64,000 nucleotides of DNA from a bacterium (GTDB taxonomy: Bacteria > Bacillota > Clostridia > Christensenellales > DTU072). Position 1 is the first letter of the stretch. Every line of letters begins with the position of its first letter. The notes below the pieces were generated by a model. It was not told where the DNA came from. It ran no database searches and was given only the letters and a program-made list of their open reading frames with translations. Shown here one piece after another: positions 46,861 to 57,403 of this stretch. The stretch spans positions 3,402 to 67,401 of the forward strand of contig CAVIQK010000001.1 of the NCBI GenBank assembly GCA_963644945.1, in the 5' to 3' direction. The translations under genes and the position numbers were made by a program.

Positions 46861-48465
46861 ATGACAAAAATCGATTTAACGAAATATGGCATTAAAAACG
46901 TCACCGAAGTAGTTTACAACCCGTCATACGAAATGCTTTTCGAAGAAGAAACCAGAAAAGATCTTACCGGTTATGAAAAGGGACAAGTTAGCGAACTCGG
47001 TGCAGTCAATGTTATGACAGGTATTTATACCGGACGTTCTCCTAAGGATAAATTTATCGTCATGGACGAAAACTCCAAAGACACCGTTTGGTGGACTTCG
47101 GACGAATTCAAAAACGACAACCATCCCGCAAGCAAAGAAACATGGCAAGCAGTCAAAGACATTGCAGTCAAAGAACTCAGTGGCAAGAGATTGTTCGTCG
47201 TAGATGCATTTTGCGGTGCCAACAAAGACACTCGTATGGCAGTTAGATTCATCGTCGAAGTCGCATGGCAAGCACACTTCATCAAGAATATGTTTATCGT
47301 GCCTACACAAGAAGAACTCGAAAACTTCGAACCCGACTTCGTTGTTTACAATGCATCGAAAGCCAAAGTCGAAAATTACAAAGAACTCGGTCTCAATTCC
47401 GAAACAGCCGTTGTCTTCAATATCACATCGAGAGAACAAGTTATAATCAACACTTGGTACGGTGGAGAAATGAAGAAAGGTATGTTCTCAATGATGAACT
47501 ACTATTTGCCCCTAAAAGGCATTGCATCAATGCACTGCTCGGCAAATACCGATATGGACGGAAAGAACACCGCAATATTCTTCGGTCTTTCCGGAACAGG
47601 CAAAACCACCCTTTCCACAGATCCTAAACGTCTCCTAATCGGCGACGACGAACACGGCTGGGACGACAACGGAGTATTCAACTTTGAAGGTGGCTGCTAC
47701 GCAAAAGTTATCAACCTCGACAAAGATTCCGAACCCGATATTTACAACGCAATCAGAAGAAATGCCCTTCTCGAAAACGTAACTCTTGACGAAAACGGCA
47801 AAATCGATTTTGCAGACAAGAGCGTTACGGAAAACACTCGTGTTTCCTATCCTATCCAACACATCGAAAAGATTGTCAGACCTGTTTCCTCCGCTCCCGC
47901 AGCGAAAAACGTCATATTCCTTTCTGCCGATGCATTCGGAGTGCTTCCTCCTGTCTCAATCTTGACTCCTGAACAAACTCAATACTACTTCCTCTCCGGA
48001 TTTACCGCAAAACTTGCAGGAACCGAAAGAGGTATAACCGAGCCTACTCCTACATTCTCCGCATGTTTCGGACAAGCCTTCCTAGAACTTCATCCTACAA
48101 AATATGCAGAAGAACTCGTCAAGAAAATGCAAAAGAGCGGAGCCAAAGCATACTTGGTCAACACCGGTTGGAACGGCACCGGAAAACGTATCTCCATCAA
48201 AGATACAAGAGGAATTATCGATGCAATTTTGAGTGGCGACATCAACAATGCCCCCACCAAGAAAATCCCCTATTTTGACTTTGAAGTACCTACAAAACTC
48301 AATGGCGTAGATTCAGGCATCCTCGATCCTAGAGACACCTACAAAGATGCAAAAGATTGGGAAGTCAAGGCTCTTGACCTTGCAGGAAGATTTACAAAGA
48401 ACTTTGCAAAATATGCAACCAACGAAGCAGGCAAAGCACTTGTAAAAGCAGGTCCTAAAGCATAA
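46861..48465 (+). CDS. pckA: Phosphoenolpyruvate carboxykinase (ATP)
   Basis: 534 aa. [29 protein letters not shown], typical C-terminus. Confidence 0.9.
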   Translation: MTKIDLTKYGIKNVTEVVYNPSYEMLFEEETRKDLTGYEKGQVSELGAVNVMTGIYTGRSPKDKFIVMDENSKDTVWWTSDEFKNDNHPASKETWQAVKDIAVKELSGKRLFVVDAFCGANKDTRMAVRFIVEVAWQAHFIKNMFIVPTQEELENFEPDFVVYNASKAKVENYKELGLNSETAVVFNITSREQVIINTWYGGEMKKGMFSMMNYYLPLKGIASMHCSANTDMDGKNTAIFFGLSGTGKTTLSTDPKRLLIGDDEHGWDDNGVFNFEGGCYAKVINLDKDSEPDIYNAIRRNALLENVTLDENGKIDFADKSVTENTRVSYPIQHIEKIVRPVSSAPAAKNVIFLSADAFGVLPPVSILTPEQTQYYFLSGFTAKLAGTERGITEPTPTFSACFGQAFLELHPTKYAEELVKKMQKSGAKAYLVNTGWNGTGKRISIKDTRGIIDAILSGDINNAPTKKIPYFDFEVPTKLNGVDSGILDPRDTYKDAKDWEVKALDLAGRFTKNFAKYATNEAGKALVKAGPKA

Positions 48466-48490
48466 TAAAAACCAAAACGGTAAAAAGAAA

Positions 48491-48517
48491 AGGAGTTCTC
48501 AGAACTCCTTTTTTTTG
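48491..48517. terminator. Bidirectional intrinsic terminator (pckA / convergent dipeptidase gene)
   Basis: AGGAGTTC-TCA-GAACTCCT with an upstream A-run and a downstream T8. Confidence 0.75.
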
Positions 48518-48535
48518 TGCCTATATAGGCTAAAA

Positions 48536-49771
48536 TTAAAACAAAAGATTTTTGAAAGCCTCGTAATATATATCGGACATTTTGACAAACGAGTCCAGTC
48601 TTATATATTCGTTGGGTTGGTGTATGCAGTCCTCGTCGTCGGGGAAAACAGGGCCGAAGGCACAGCCGAGTTTTAAGCATCTTGCATAAGTTCCTCCACC
48701 TATTGCGATAGGTTTGCTGTTTTCACCGGTCACCTTATTATATGCATTGAGGAGAGTTTTGACGAGTTCGTTGTCGGGGGCAAGATACAAAGGTTTATGC
48801 GAATAAACTATTTCTATCTCTCCGCCACAGTTTTGCCTTAATATGTCGGTTACGGTATCCACTTTTTGTGTTGCGGGATACCTAACATCGAGTTCGAATA
48901 AGACATTGTCGCCATCCGTCTTTACCGTTCCAAGGTTTATCGTAAGATTTCCGGACTCCGCATCCATCATATTTAGACCGATATTTTGTCCAAAAGGCGA
49001 AGAAAGTTTTTGACCGAAATTATAAAGTTCGGGGGCGCTATCTTTTAGTGCCGACAAGATTTTAAGTATTGCATTTTCACCGAGTTGCGGTTGAGATCCG
49101 TGAGCCGATTTTCCTTTTGCCGACATGGTTTTTCCGTCCGCAAAAGTGATTTCTGCGTAGTCTGGGACCATGTTGACTCTGTCTCCGCCGACAATGTTTG
49201 CGACGGTTTTAGGAAGAGGGAAAGTGACTACATAATGGGCAATACCCTTTTCGCAGTTTATTACGGGGAAGTCACCGTCCGGAGAAATTCCCATAGGAGC
49301 GAATTCTTCGGTTTCCATGAAGTGGTCCATGCATCTCCAACCGGTTTCTTCGTTGCAACCGAGTATAATACGAATTTGTTTTTTAGGGGTGCGCCCTTCG
49401 GTTATAAGTCTGTCTATAGCATACAGTACGGATGCGACAGGTCCCTTGTCGTCAAGAGCGCCTCTTCCGTAAATTTTTCCGTCAACAAACTCTCCGCCAT
49501 AAGGATCGTGTAGCCATCCTTTTCCTTCGGGTACGACGTCGAGGTGCATGAGAATGTCGAATTTTTCTCCCTCCCCAATGGTTCCGTATCCGCAATAGCC
49601 GTCCATGTTGGTTGTCTTATATCCAAGTTTTTCGAGTTGGTCAAGAGCGAGGACCAAAGCATCGTTGACGTTTTTACCAAAAGGCATGTTAGGTTCCGGT
49701 TCTCCCTCGACACTAGGAATTTTTATAAGTTTTGTCAAAAAATCTAAAGCATCGGATAAAGTAAAATTCAT
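48536..49771 (-). CDS. M20 family dipeptidase (Sapep/PepV-like)
   Basis: 411 aa. IPSVEGEP, HLDVVPEG, GRGALDDKGP. Confidence 0.7.
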   Translation of the reverse strand: MNFTLSDALDFLTKLIKIPSVEGEPEPNMPFGKNVNDALVLALDQLEKLGYKTTNMDGYCGYGTIGEGEKFDILMHLDVVPEGKGWLHDPYGGEFVDGKIYGRGALDDKGPVASVLYAIDRLITEGRTPKKQIRIILGCNEETGWRCMDHFMETEEFAPMGISPDGDFPVINCEKGIAHYVVTFPLPKTVANIVGGDRVNMVPDYAEITFADGKTMSAKGKSAHGSQPQLGENAILKILSALKDSAPELYNFGQKLSSPFGQNIGLNMMDAESGNLTINLGTVKTDGDNVLFELDVRYPATQKVDTVTDILRQNCGGEIEIVYSHKPLYLAPDNELVKTLLNAYNKVTGENSKPIAIGGGTYARCLKLGCAFGPVFPDDEDCIHQPNEYIRLDSFVKMSDIYYEAFKNLLF

Positions 49772-49869
49772 TTTTGAACTCCTTATTTTTTATAATATTA
49801 AAAATATTATATACTATTTTCGTCAAATATGGTACACTATTGTGAAAGAAAGTTGTAGAAGAATATAAA

Positions 49870-50628
49870 ATGGCAGAAGGACACAGAAAGAGAATACGAG
49901 AAAAGATAGTCACTCATGGCACGTCATCGCTTACCGATGCGGAACTTTTGGAGTATATTCTCTACCCCTTCATCCCTCGAAAGGACACGTCAAAACTTGC
50001 ACAAACGCTGTTAGAAGATTTTGGCGATCTTCAAGGAGTTATGACGGCGACACCTAAAGAACTCATCGCCTACAAAGATTTGACCGAATCGGCATCACTG
50101 TTTCTTCCTCTTATACCGGAATTTTATTCAAGAGCCGTTTCTCGCAACATACTGGGCGAAAATTCGGTCATGAGTCCGTATATAATAAAAAGATACTTGT
50201 ACAGCATGTTGGCACATTGGAGACAAGAGAAGTTTTTGATGACGGCGCTTGATCGTGACGGCCGTTTTATAAAGTCGAAGATGGTAGGAGAAGGCGACTC
50301 GTCAAGAGTGTCTATGAGTAGAAAAACCTTTCTCGATTTCATAGAATCGACCAAGCCGTACCAAGTGGCAATAGGCCACAACCACCCTTTCTCCGATGCA
50401 TATCCGTCGCAAGACGATTTGGACATAACAAGAGAATTGGTTGACTGTGCCAAAACGGTAGGAGTCGAAGTAGTTGACCACGTCATAGCCGGAACGGACA
50501 CCGTATTTTCGTTTAGAGAACAAGGCATAATGGACAAGAATGTCCTCGAAAATACGACCGAACAACAAGTAAGAGAACAATTAAAACTAACCAAAATAAA
50601 CGACAAATTATTATCGGAGGCAGATTAA
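49870..50628 (+). CDS. radC: RadC-family JAB/MPN domain protein
   Basis: 252 aa. N-terminal GHRKRIREK and the JAMM-like HNHPFSDAYPSQDD. Confidence 0.75.
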   Translation: MAEGHRKRIREKIVTHGTSSLTDAELLEYILYPFIPRKDTSKLAQTLLEDFGDLQGVMTATPKELIAYKDLTESASLFLPLIPEFYSRAVSRNILGENSVMSPYIIKRYLYSMLAHWRQEKFLMTALDRDGRFIKSKMVGEGDSSRVSMSRKTFLDFIESTKPYQVAIGHNHPFSDAYPSQDDLDITRELVDCAKTVGVEVVDHVIAGTDTVFSFREQGIMDKNVLENTTEQQVREQLKLTKINDKLLSEAD

Positions 50629-50629
50629 A

Positions 50630-52066
50630 ATGGATAGAGTAAGAACACGTTTTGCACCCAGCCCGACAGGATTCATGCACATAGGCAATTTAAGATCCGG
50701 ACTGTACGCCTATCTTTTCGCAAAGAAAAACGGCGGAGATTTCGTATTGAGAATAGAAGACACCGACAGAACACGTTATGTAGAAGGAGCAGTAGAAACC
50801 GTCTATCGCACCCTAAAACTTGCCGGACTCGAACATGACGAAGGACCGGACAAAGACAAGGGATACGGCCCCTATATCCAAAGCGAAAGAATGGGGTTAT
50901 ACAAAGAATATGCCGATTTACTCGTAGACAGAGGAGCCGCCTACTACTGTTTTTGTGACGAAGAAAGACTTTCGACTCTCAAAAACGAGGACGGTATAAA
51001 ACATTACGACGGACATTGTAGAGATATCCCCGTCGAAGAAGCCAGAAGAAGAATCGCAAACGGTGAGCCTTACGTCGTCAGACATAAAGTCCCCCACACC
51101 GATCAAGTCGGCACATACGTAGATGCGGTTTACGGAGAGATAAAAGTCGCCTACAAAGAAATGGACGACATAATACTACTCAAATCCGACGGTATGCCCA
51201 CATACAATTTTGCCAACGTTGTCGATGATCACCTCATGAAAATATCGCACGTTTTGAGAGGATGCGAATATTTGTCATCCACCCCTCAATACAACCTTAT
51301 CTACGAAGGTTTTGGCTGGGAAACACCGTCGTATGCCCATCTTCCCCACATAATGAAAGATGCTCATCACAAACTATCTAAAAGGAATGGCGATGCCAAC
51401 TTCGAAGACTTTTACAACAAGGGTTATCTTCCCGAAGCGATCGTCAATTATATAGCCTTGCTCGGTTGGAGCCCCGAAGGTAACCAAGAAAAATTATCCC
51501 TAAAAGAACTCGAACAACAATTCACGCTTGACCGTATAAACAAGTCCCCCGCAATGTTCGACAACGACAAAATGAGATGGTTAAACGGCGAATATATCAA
51601 AGAACTTTCGGATGAAAAGTTTTTGGAAATGGCAACCCCTTGGCTTGACCAAAGCGTAGCAAAAGGCATGAACTACGAGATGCTCGCAAGCCTTCTTAAA
51701 ACTCGTGTCGAAATCTTTGCAGACATCCCCGAAAAAGTTTCGTTCTTGTCAGAGTTCGACAACTTCGATTTGAGTCTTTTTGAAAACCAAAAACAAAAGT
51801 CGTCAGTAGAAGTTGCCAAAAACACAATAGGCGAAATAATAGAAGTTTTTGAAAATACCCCCTTTACGTCAAGCGACTTGTTTGCCGGACTCGTGGCACT
51901 TTCCGAAAAACTTCAAATAAAGAAAAACGCAATACTTTGGGTTGCAAGAATTGCTCTTACGGGAGCCCAATCTACCCCTGGTGGTGCAACCGAAATGGCG
52001 ATTGTACTCGGCAAAGAAAACAGTATAGCAAGACTAAAAATCGTAAAAGAGAGACTTGATGCGTAA
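50630..52066 (+). CDS. gltX: Glutamate--tRNA ligase
   Basis: 478 aa. RFAPSPTGFMHIGN (HIGH) and KLSKRNG (KMSKS). Confidence 0.9.
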   Translation: MDRVRTRFAPSPTGFMHIGNLRSGLYAYLFAKKNGGDFVLRIEDTDRTRYVEGAVETVYRTLKLAGLEHDEGPDKDKGYGPYIQSERMGLYKEYADLLVDRGAAYYCFCDEERLSTLKNEDGIKHYDGHCRDIPVEEARRRIANGEPYVVRHKVPHTDQVGTYVDAVYGEIKVAYKEMDDIILLKSDGMPTYNFANVVDDHLMKISHVLRGCEYLSSTPQYNLIYEGFGWETPSYAHLPHIMKDAHHKLSKRNGDANFEDFYNKGYLPEAIVNYIALLGWSPEGNQEKLSLKELEQQFTLDRINKSPAMFDNDKMRWLNGEYIKELSDEKFLEMATPWLDQSVAKGMNYEMLASLLKTRVEIFADIPEKVSFLSEFDNFDLSLFENQKQKSSVEVAKNTIGEIIEVFENTPFTSSDLFAGLVALSEKLQIKKNAILWVARIALTGAQSTPGGATEMAIVLGKENSIARLKIVKERLDA

Positions 52067-52478
52067 TACCGTACCTAAAAATCCGTCGGTAATTACCGAC
52101 AAAGAAATCGATTTGATTCCCATCATTTCGCTTGCGTTCGTAGGGGATGCGGTGCAGACTCTTATGGAAAGGACAAGAGTCGTGGAAGGAAGCACTGCAA
52201 AGACTCAATTCTTACATAAAATTGTCGCAAGCAAGGTAAATGCCAATAGGCAAGCAGAAGCCGTAAAAGAACTTTTACCGCTGTTTACCGAAAGAGAAAC
52301 CATGATATTCAAAAGGGCAAGAAACGTAAGCCCCAGAAACCTACCAAAACACTCGGACCAAAACTCGTACAGAATATCAAGCGGATTTGAAGCAGTCATC
52401 GGTTATTTATATTTGACGGGGCAAGAAGAAAGAATTTTTGAATTATTATCTGTAGCATACAAAGAGGAGAAACAATGA
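52059..52478 (+). CDS. mrnC: Mini-ribonuclease 3
   Basis: LAFVGDAV RNase III-like motif, about 139 aa, conserved position between gltX and rlmB. An ATG at 52059 is preferred over TTG at 52056. Confidence 0.75.
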   Translation: MRNTVPKNPSVITDKEIDLIPIISLAFVGDAVQTLMERTRVVEGSTAKTQFLHKIVASKVNANRQAEAVKELLPLFTERETMIFKRARNVSPRNLPKHSDQNSYRISSGFEAVIGYLYLTGQEERIFELLSVAYKEEKQ

Positions 52479-53185
52479 TTATTGAAGGAAAAAATGCCGT
52501 AATGGAGGCAATAAAAGGCGGAGTTACGATTGAAAAACTCTGTGTCCAAAAAGGACTTACCGGACTAGATAAAATTGTCGCAGAGGCAAAACGCAGAAAC
52601 ATAAAAGTCGTACCCAGCGAAAAACAATATATGATGAAGTTGTCCCCGTCCGGGAAACATCAAGGAGTACTATGTGTTGCGACCGATTTCAAATACACCG
52701 AATTTGACGACGTGAGATTTGCGGACGGCAAAAAACTTTTTATCGTACTTGACGGTGTAGAAGATCCTCACAATCTCGGTGCGGTCACAAGAGTAGCCGA
52801 CTGTGCGGGAGCCACCGCCGTAATTATCCCCAAATATAGAGCGGCAGGAGTCACCGATACAGTCGTAAAAGTGTCGGCGGGAGCGACAGCCTATGTTCCG
52901 ATAGTCAAGGTTACAAATATAAACGATGCGATTAGAAAACTAAAAGACGACGGAGTAAAAATCGTCGCAGCAGACATGGACGGAGAGAGCATGTACGACG
53001 TCGATATGACGGGAGACGTGGCAGTCGTCGTCGGTGGCGAAGGACATGGTGTGCATGAACTTACAAGGAAACTTGCCGACCAAGTTGCATCCGTTCCGCA
53101 ATACGGCCAAGTAAATTCACTCAACGCATCGGTTGCATCCGCCCTCGTAGTGTACGAAGCGATTAGACAAAGGTTAGGGAAATGA
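52475..53185 (+). CDS. rlmB: 23S rRNA (guanosine-2'-O-)-methyltransferase RlmB (SpoU/TrmH family)
   Basis: 236 aa. DGVEDPHNLGAVTRVA, VVGGEGHGV, SLNASVA. Confidence 0.75.
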   Translation: MIIEGKNAVMEAIKGGVTIEKLCVQKGLTGLDKIVAEAKRRNIKVVPSEKQYMMKLSPSGKHQGVLCVATDFKYTEFDDVRFADGKKLFIVLDGVEDPHNLGAVTRVADCAGATAVIIPKYRAAGVTDTVVKVSAGATAYVPIVKVTNINDAIRKLKDDGVKIVAADMDGESMYDVDMTGDVAVVVGGEGHGVHELTRKLADQVASVPQYGQVNSLNASVASALVVYEAIRQRLGK

Positions 53186-53772
53186 CAGCGGAAGATAAGA
53201 GGGAAACAAAACTTATTCAAGAGGCGCAGTCCGGAAACAACGATGCAGCGCTAGAGGAACTTATCATCAAGTATAGACCTCTATTAAAAAGAGCGATTAC
53301 CAACCGCAAAATTTCCGGTATGGATCCCGAGGACCTCTTGCAAGAAGCGACCATTTGCTTTGTAAAAGCCATCGAAAAATTTGACGAAAACGGCGGACAA
53401 AAGTTTTCGACTTTTGTGTATAACATTGTAAAACAAAGAATAATAGATCTAATCAAGAAAAACAGTTCGCAAAAGAGCGGTAGCGAAATAACCAAAATTT
53501 CTACAGAAGATACCGAAGTTTACGATCCTAGCGATATAAACGTCGTGGACGATTATATATCAAGAGAGCAAGTCGAAACGCTACGAAAAGTCATCAAAGA
53601 TACCCTTTCCGACAGCGAAAAAAGTGTCCTCAACTTATATCTTCAAGAGATGAGTTATAGTGAAATTGCCGAAAGCCTCGGAGTATCTACAAAAAAGGTC
53701 GATCATACTCTTTCGCAAATCAAGAAAAAACTAAGAGAACAAAAAGAATTAAAGGAGTTGTTTGACGTATGA
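53182..53772 (+). CDS. sigH: Sigma-70 family sigma factor, SigH-like by synteny
   Basis: 196 aa. Region 2 (DLLQEATICFVKAIEKFD) and region 4 HTH (MSYSEIAESLGVSTKKVDHTLSQ). gltX-mrnC-rlmB-sigH order as in Bacillus. Confidence 0.55.
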   Translation: MTAEDKRETKLIQEAQSGNNDAALEELIIKYRPLLKRAITNRKISGMDPEDLLQEATICFVKAIEKFDENGGQKFSTFVYNIVKQRIIDLIKKNSSQKSGSEITKISTEDTEVYDPSDINVVDDYISREQVETLRKVIKDTLSDSEKSVLNLYLQEMSYSEIAESLGVSTKKVDHTLSQIKKKLREQKELKELFDV

Positions 53773-54614
53773 AATATGCAGCAATCGATATAGGGAGCAA
53801 CTCCGTAAGACTTCTATCCAACGGAAAAAAATATCTAGAAATCACAACTCTCGGCGAAGGTCTTATAAAGACAGGACTTCTAAAAGACGAGGCGATGAAT
53901 AGGACTCTCGATGCCGTAGTCAAGTTTAATTCCCAAGCAATTTTAGAAGGAGCCGACAAGGTTTTTGTCTTCGCAACCCAAGCCGTAAGGGGTGCAAAAA
54001 ACGGTACCGTTTTTACCGAAAGAGCCAAAGAACAAGGAATAGAAATTGACGTAATACCCAAAGAAAGGGAAGCCGAAATCGGCTTTATGGGAGCCTATAA
54101 GAGCGGATTGTGTGCAACTCTGGACATAGGAGGAGCAAGTAGCGAGATAGCCGTAGGCGACAAGGACGGACTAATCTATAAAGGTAGTATCGCAGTAGGT
54201 GCCGTCAGTCTAAAAGACGTTTCCGATAAAAGAGCCGAAGAAGAAAAGTTCGTAGAAAATCTCGCAAGAGAGTACGGCGAAATACCCCCGTTCGATACAT
54301 TGATAGCAATAGGCGGCACCCCCACCACGTATGCCGCAATTTATCACGATTTGGTAGAATATGATCCCCAAGTCGTGGATGGGACTATACTCAATAGACA
54401 AGATGTCATCGACATAACCGACCGCATCGAAAGGACACCTTACGAGGAGCGAAAATTTATCAACGGTCTGCATCCGAAGAAAGTCCCCTACGCAATAACA
54501 AGCGGTGTTTTGCTATATACATTTATGAAGATTTTAGGAAAAGATCAAGTCGAAATATCCGAAAGAGACAATCTCGAGGGATACATATTATATAGGACAA
54601 CAAAAAATATTTAG
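53769..54614 (+). CDS. Ppx/GppA family phosphatase (short form)
   Basis: 281 aa. MKYAAIDIGSNSVRLL and DIGGASSE ASKHA motifs. ATGA overlap with the sigma factor gene. Confidence 0.7.
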   Translation: MKYAAIDIGSNSVRLLSNGKKYLEITTLGEGLIKTGLLKDEAMNRTLDAVVKFNSQAILEGADKVFVFATQAVRGAKNGTVFTERAKEQGIEIDVIPKEREAEIGFMGAYKSGLCATLDIGGASSEIAVGDKDGLIYKGSIAVGAVSLKDVSDKRAEEEKFVENLAREYGEIPPFDTLIAIGGTPTTYAAIYHDLVEYDPQVVDGTILNRQDVIDITDRIERTPYEERKFINGLHPKKVPYAITSGVLLYTFMKILGKDQVEISERDNLEGYILYRTTKNI

Positions 54615-54737
54615 TGTTGCCCGAATTAAAAACCTATCAAATTTTTGCAAAAAATTCAAAAAGATTAAGAAATTATTAAGATTGTTGACATAACATGTGG
54701 ACAAAAGATGAAAGGGAAATCCGAAAGGAGAAGTGTT

Positions 54738-56273
54738 ATGAAAAATAATATGAAAAGAAGATTTTTAGTATTCTCGCTTATTATTGTAGTCGTATTGACT
54801 TGTGCAATGATTTTATGTTCTTGCAATAGAAGTGACGGCGAAGGTTATACCATTGAGTCGGTTTATGCCGAGGCGCAAGAATTAGGTTATACAGGCACCC
54901 TAGAAGAGTTTATAGAACTTGTGTCCGGTAAAGACGGCGTAGACGGTGTGGGACTAAGCAACTATCAACTATGGCTACAACTCAACGGCAAAGAATCTAC
55001 CGACGAAGGCTATTCGCTACAAGATTATTTCAACTATCTAAAAGCCTCATCGGCGACCACGACCAATAATAGTTCAGACGATTCGTCTGCCGTCGATTAT
55101 GCGATAGGCTCGACTCTTGCCGTAATTTCCGAATATATAGAAGACGGCGAAACTTTATCGACGGGAGCCGGCAGCGGTATCATATATAAAGATACCGGAT
55201 CCGAACTTTATATTGTGACCAACTACCACGTAATATATTTTGACAAAGTTACCAAGACTGTCGAAGTCGGTACTTTTTGGGGCGGAACATCGCAAAGAAC
55301 AACGACATCGTATGTTTCGTCGATAGCAAGTAAAGTTAGAGTATATCTTTACGGCATGCAATATTCCACAAGTAGCGGTTACGGAATCGATGCGACCGTA
55401 GTAGGCGGATCTTATGAAAACGACATAGCCGTTTTGAGCCTTACGGGGACCTCTTATACCAAATATAAAGACTACGTCGCTAAATGCGGAAAGATGACAG
55501 ACGGCACCGACCTAATTCGTCCGGTGACGGAATCGAGTGATGTCGCAAACGTAGGAAGCAAAGCAATAGCAATCGGCAACCCTGCAGGCGAAGGGATCTC
55601 CGCAACAAGCGGTATAATATCTGTCGAGAGCGAAACTATCTCTATCGATATATATTGGGATAAAGCATCCAATTCCTATATTGCCTCATCATTACGTGTT
55701 ATGAGAATAGACACAGCCGTCAACAGCGGCAACTCCGGTGGCGGACTCTTCAACGAAAAAGGCGAATGGGTAGGCATTGTCAATGCCAAAATGTCCTCGT
55801 CTAGCGTAGAAAACATTTCTTATGCAATCCCCCACGAAGTTGCATCGTCGATAGCCAACAACATAATTCATTATTATGAAGTCCAAAAGACCGACGAAGA
55901 CACGACCAACGACACCAATTTCGTCAACCCCAAACGTCTTGTTCTCGGAGTCACCGTCCAAGCCACCGATTCGTATGCCAAAGCGGTTTCCAACGGCACA
56001 ACCACCATTTACGAACTCACAATCAACAAGATTGAATCTGATTCCGTAGCAGGCTCTCTTGTCGGCACCGACAACGAAATAAAAGTAGGTGACACACTTG
56101 TATCCGCAACGATAGGCGGAAAAGACGTCGCCCTTGACAAACTCTATAAACTAAAAGAAGAGTTTACCGCTATCTACGAAGGCACGACGTTCACCTTGAC
56201 CATAAATAGAGACGGAGTCACCAAAGTCCTCAACGTAAAAGTAGATGCCGACGACTTCGTAACGGTAAAATAA
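54738..56273 (+). CDS. Membrane-anchored trypsin-like serine protease (S1C-like)
   Basis: Trimmed to MKNNMKRRF, with AAAGGAG SD. N-terminal TM segment. Catalytic triad candidates TNYHV, NDIAVL, GNSGGGLF. Confidence 0.65.
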   Translation: MKNNMKRRFLVFSLIIVVVLTCAMILCSCNRSDGEGYTIESVYAEAQELGYTGTLEEFIELVSGKDGVDGVGLSNYQLWLQLNGKESTDEGYSLQDYFNYLKASSATTTNNSSDDSSAVDYAIGSTLAVISEYIEDGETLSTGAGSGIIYKDTGSELYIVTNYHVIYFDKVTKTVEVGTFWGGTSQRTTTSYVSSIASKVRVYLYGMQYSTSSGYGIDATVVGGSYENDIAVLSLTGTSYTKYKDYVAKCGKMTDGTDLIRPVTESSDVANVGSKAIAIGNPAGEGISATSGIISVESETISIDIYWDKASNSYIASSLRVMRIDTAVNSGNSGGGLFNEKGEWVGIVNAKMSSSSVENISYAIPHEVASSIANNIIHYYEVQKTDEDTTNDTNFVNPKRLVLGVTVQATDSYAKAVSNGTTTIYELTINKIESDSVAGSLVGTDNEIKVGDTLVSATIGGKDVALDKLYKLKEEFTAIYEGTTFTLTINRDGVTKVLNVKVDADDFVTVK

Positions 56274-56290
56274 AAAAAGCACCAAAACAA

Positions 56291-56317
56291 AAAAAGCGGT
56301 AAAAAACCGCTTTTTTT
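56291..56317. terminator. Bidirectional intrinsic terminator (protease / rubrerythrin)
   Basis: A5-GCGGT-AAAAA-ACCGC-T7. Confidence 0.75.
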
Positions 56318-56335
56318 ATTGTCTAAACAAATTGT

Positions 56336-56881
56336 TTACTTTTGAAAATAGCGTTTTAGAAGTCCCGCAAAGGCTTTGCCGTGGCGAGCCTCATCTCTTG
56401 CCATTTCATGTACCGTATCGTGAATTGCATCAAGATTTAGTGCTTTTGCTCTTTTAGCAAGATCGGTTTTTCCGAGTGTTGCGCCGTTTTCCGCTTCGAC
56501 TCTCAATTCCAAATTCTTTTTGGTGGAATCGGTAACTTTTTCGCCGAGAAGTTCGGCAAATTTTGCTGCGTGTTCGGCTTCTTCCCAAGCCGCTTTTTCA
56601 TAATAAAGACCGATTTCGGGGTATCCTTCTCTGTGAGCGACTCTTGCCATTGCGAGATACATACCGACTTCACAACATTCGCCTTCAAAATTGGCTCTAA
56701 GATCGGCAATAATATCTTCGGGAGCGCCGTTTGCGACTCCTACGACATGTTCTGCCGCCCAAGTTAAATCGTCCCCTTGTTTGACGAATTTAGATTGAGG
56801 TGCCTTGCATACGGGGCATGTTGACGGTGCCTCGTCACCTTCGTGGACATATCCACATACCATACATACGAATTTTGCCAT
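56336..56881 (-). CDS. Reverse rubrerythrin (N-terminal rubredoxin plus C-terminal diiron ferritin-like domain)
   Basis: Trimmed to [17 protein letters not shown]...CPVCKA comes first, then the EGEC, EEAEH and DEARH diiron ligand motifs. 181 aa. Confidence 0.8.
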   Translation of the reverse strand: MAKFVCMVCGYVHEGDEAPSTCPVCKAPQSKFVKQGDDLTWAAEHVVGVANGAPEDIIADLRANFEGECCEVGMYLAMARVAHREGYPEIGLYYEKAAWEEAEHAAKFAELLGEKVTDSTKKNLELRVEAENGATLGKTDLAKRAKALNLDAIHDTVHEMARDEARHGKAFAGLLKRYFQK

Positions 56882-56882
56882 A

Positions 56883-57269
56883 TTAGTTTTCTCCTTCATT
56901 TTTATTTTTATTACATTCGGGGCATAAACCCTTGAATACTATAGAAGACGAATCTAGCGAAAACCCCGCTTTATTTAGATAATCGGCGATTTCGTCGGAT
57001 CCTTCCATTATGTCAACCACTTTGCCACAATTTTTACAAACAAAATGTCCGTGCATCTTGACCGTTTTGTCGAATCTCGTTTCGTCTGCCGAAAGAGAAG
57101 CGATAGTTCCGTCTTGCGCCATTTGTCCGAGATTGCGATAGACGGTCCCTAGCGACAAACAAGGGAGTATCTTTTTTGCTCTTTCGTAGATGGTTTCCGC
57201 AGACGGATGGTCAGAACTTTCTCTTACCACGTCAAGAATAACTTTTTTTTGCAGAGTGTGTCGTGTCAT
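56883..57269 (-). CDS. Fur family regulator (PerR-like)
   Basis: Trimmed to [22 protein letters not shown] and CPEC. 128 aa. Its stop is 1 nt from the rubrerythrin ATG. Confidence 0.7.
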   Translation of the reverse strand: MTRHTLQKKVILDVVRESSDHPSAETIYERAKKILPCLSLGTVYRNLGQMAQDGTIASLSADETRFDKTVKMHGHFVCKNCGKVVDIMEGSDEIADYLNKAGFSLDSSSIVFKGLCPECNKNKNEGEN

Positions 57270-57403
57270 AAATTCCTTATTGATAATGATTACTAATAAG
57301 ATGATAACAAATAAAAATATACCCGTCAACACTTTTTTTGAAAATTTATAAAAAAAGCCCGAGATTTTTTCTCGAGCAATTTTTAATAATTATTTCAATT
57401 GGT

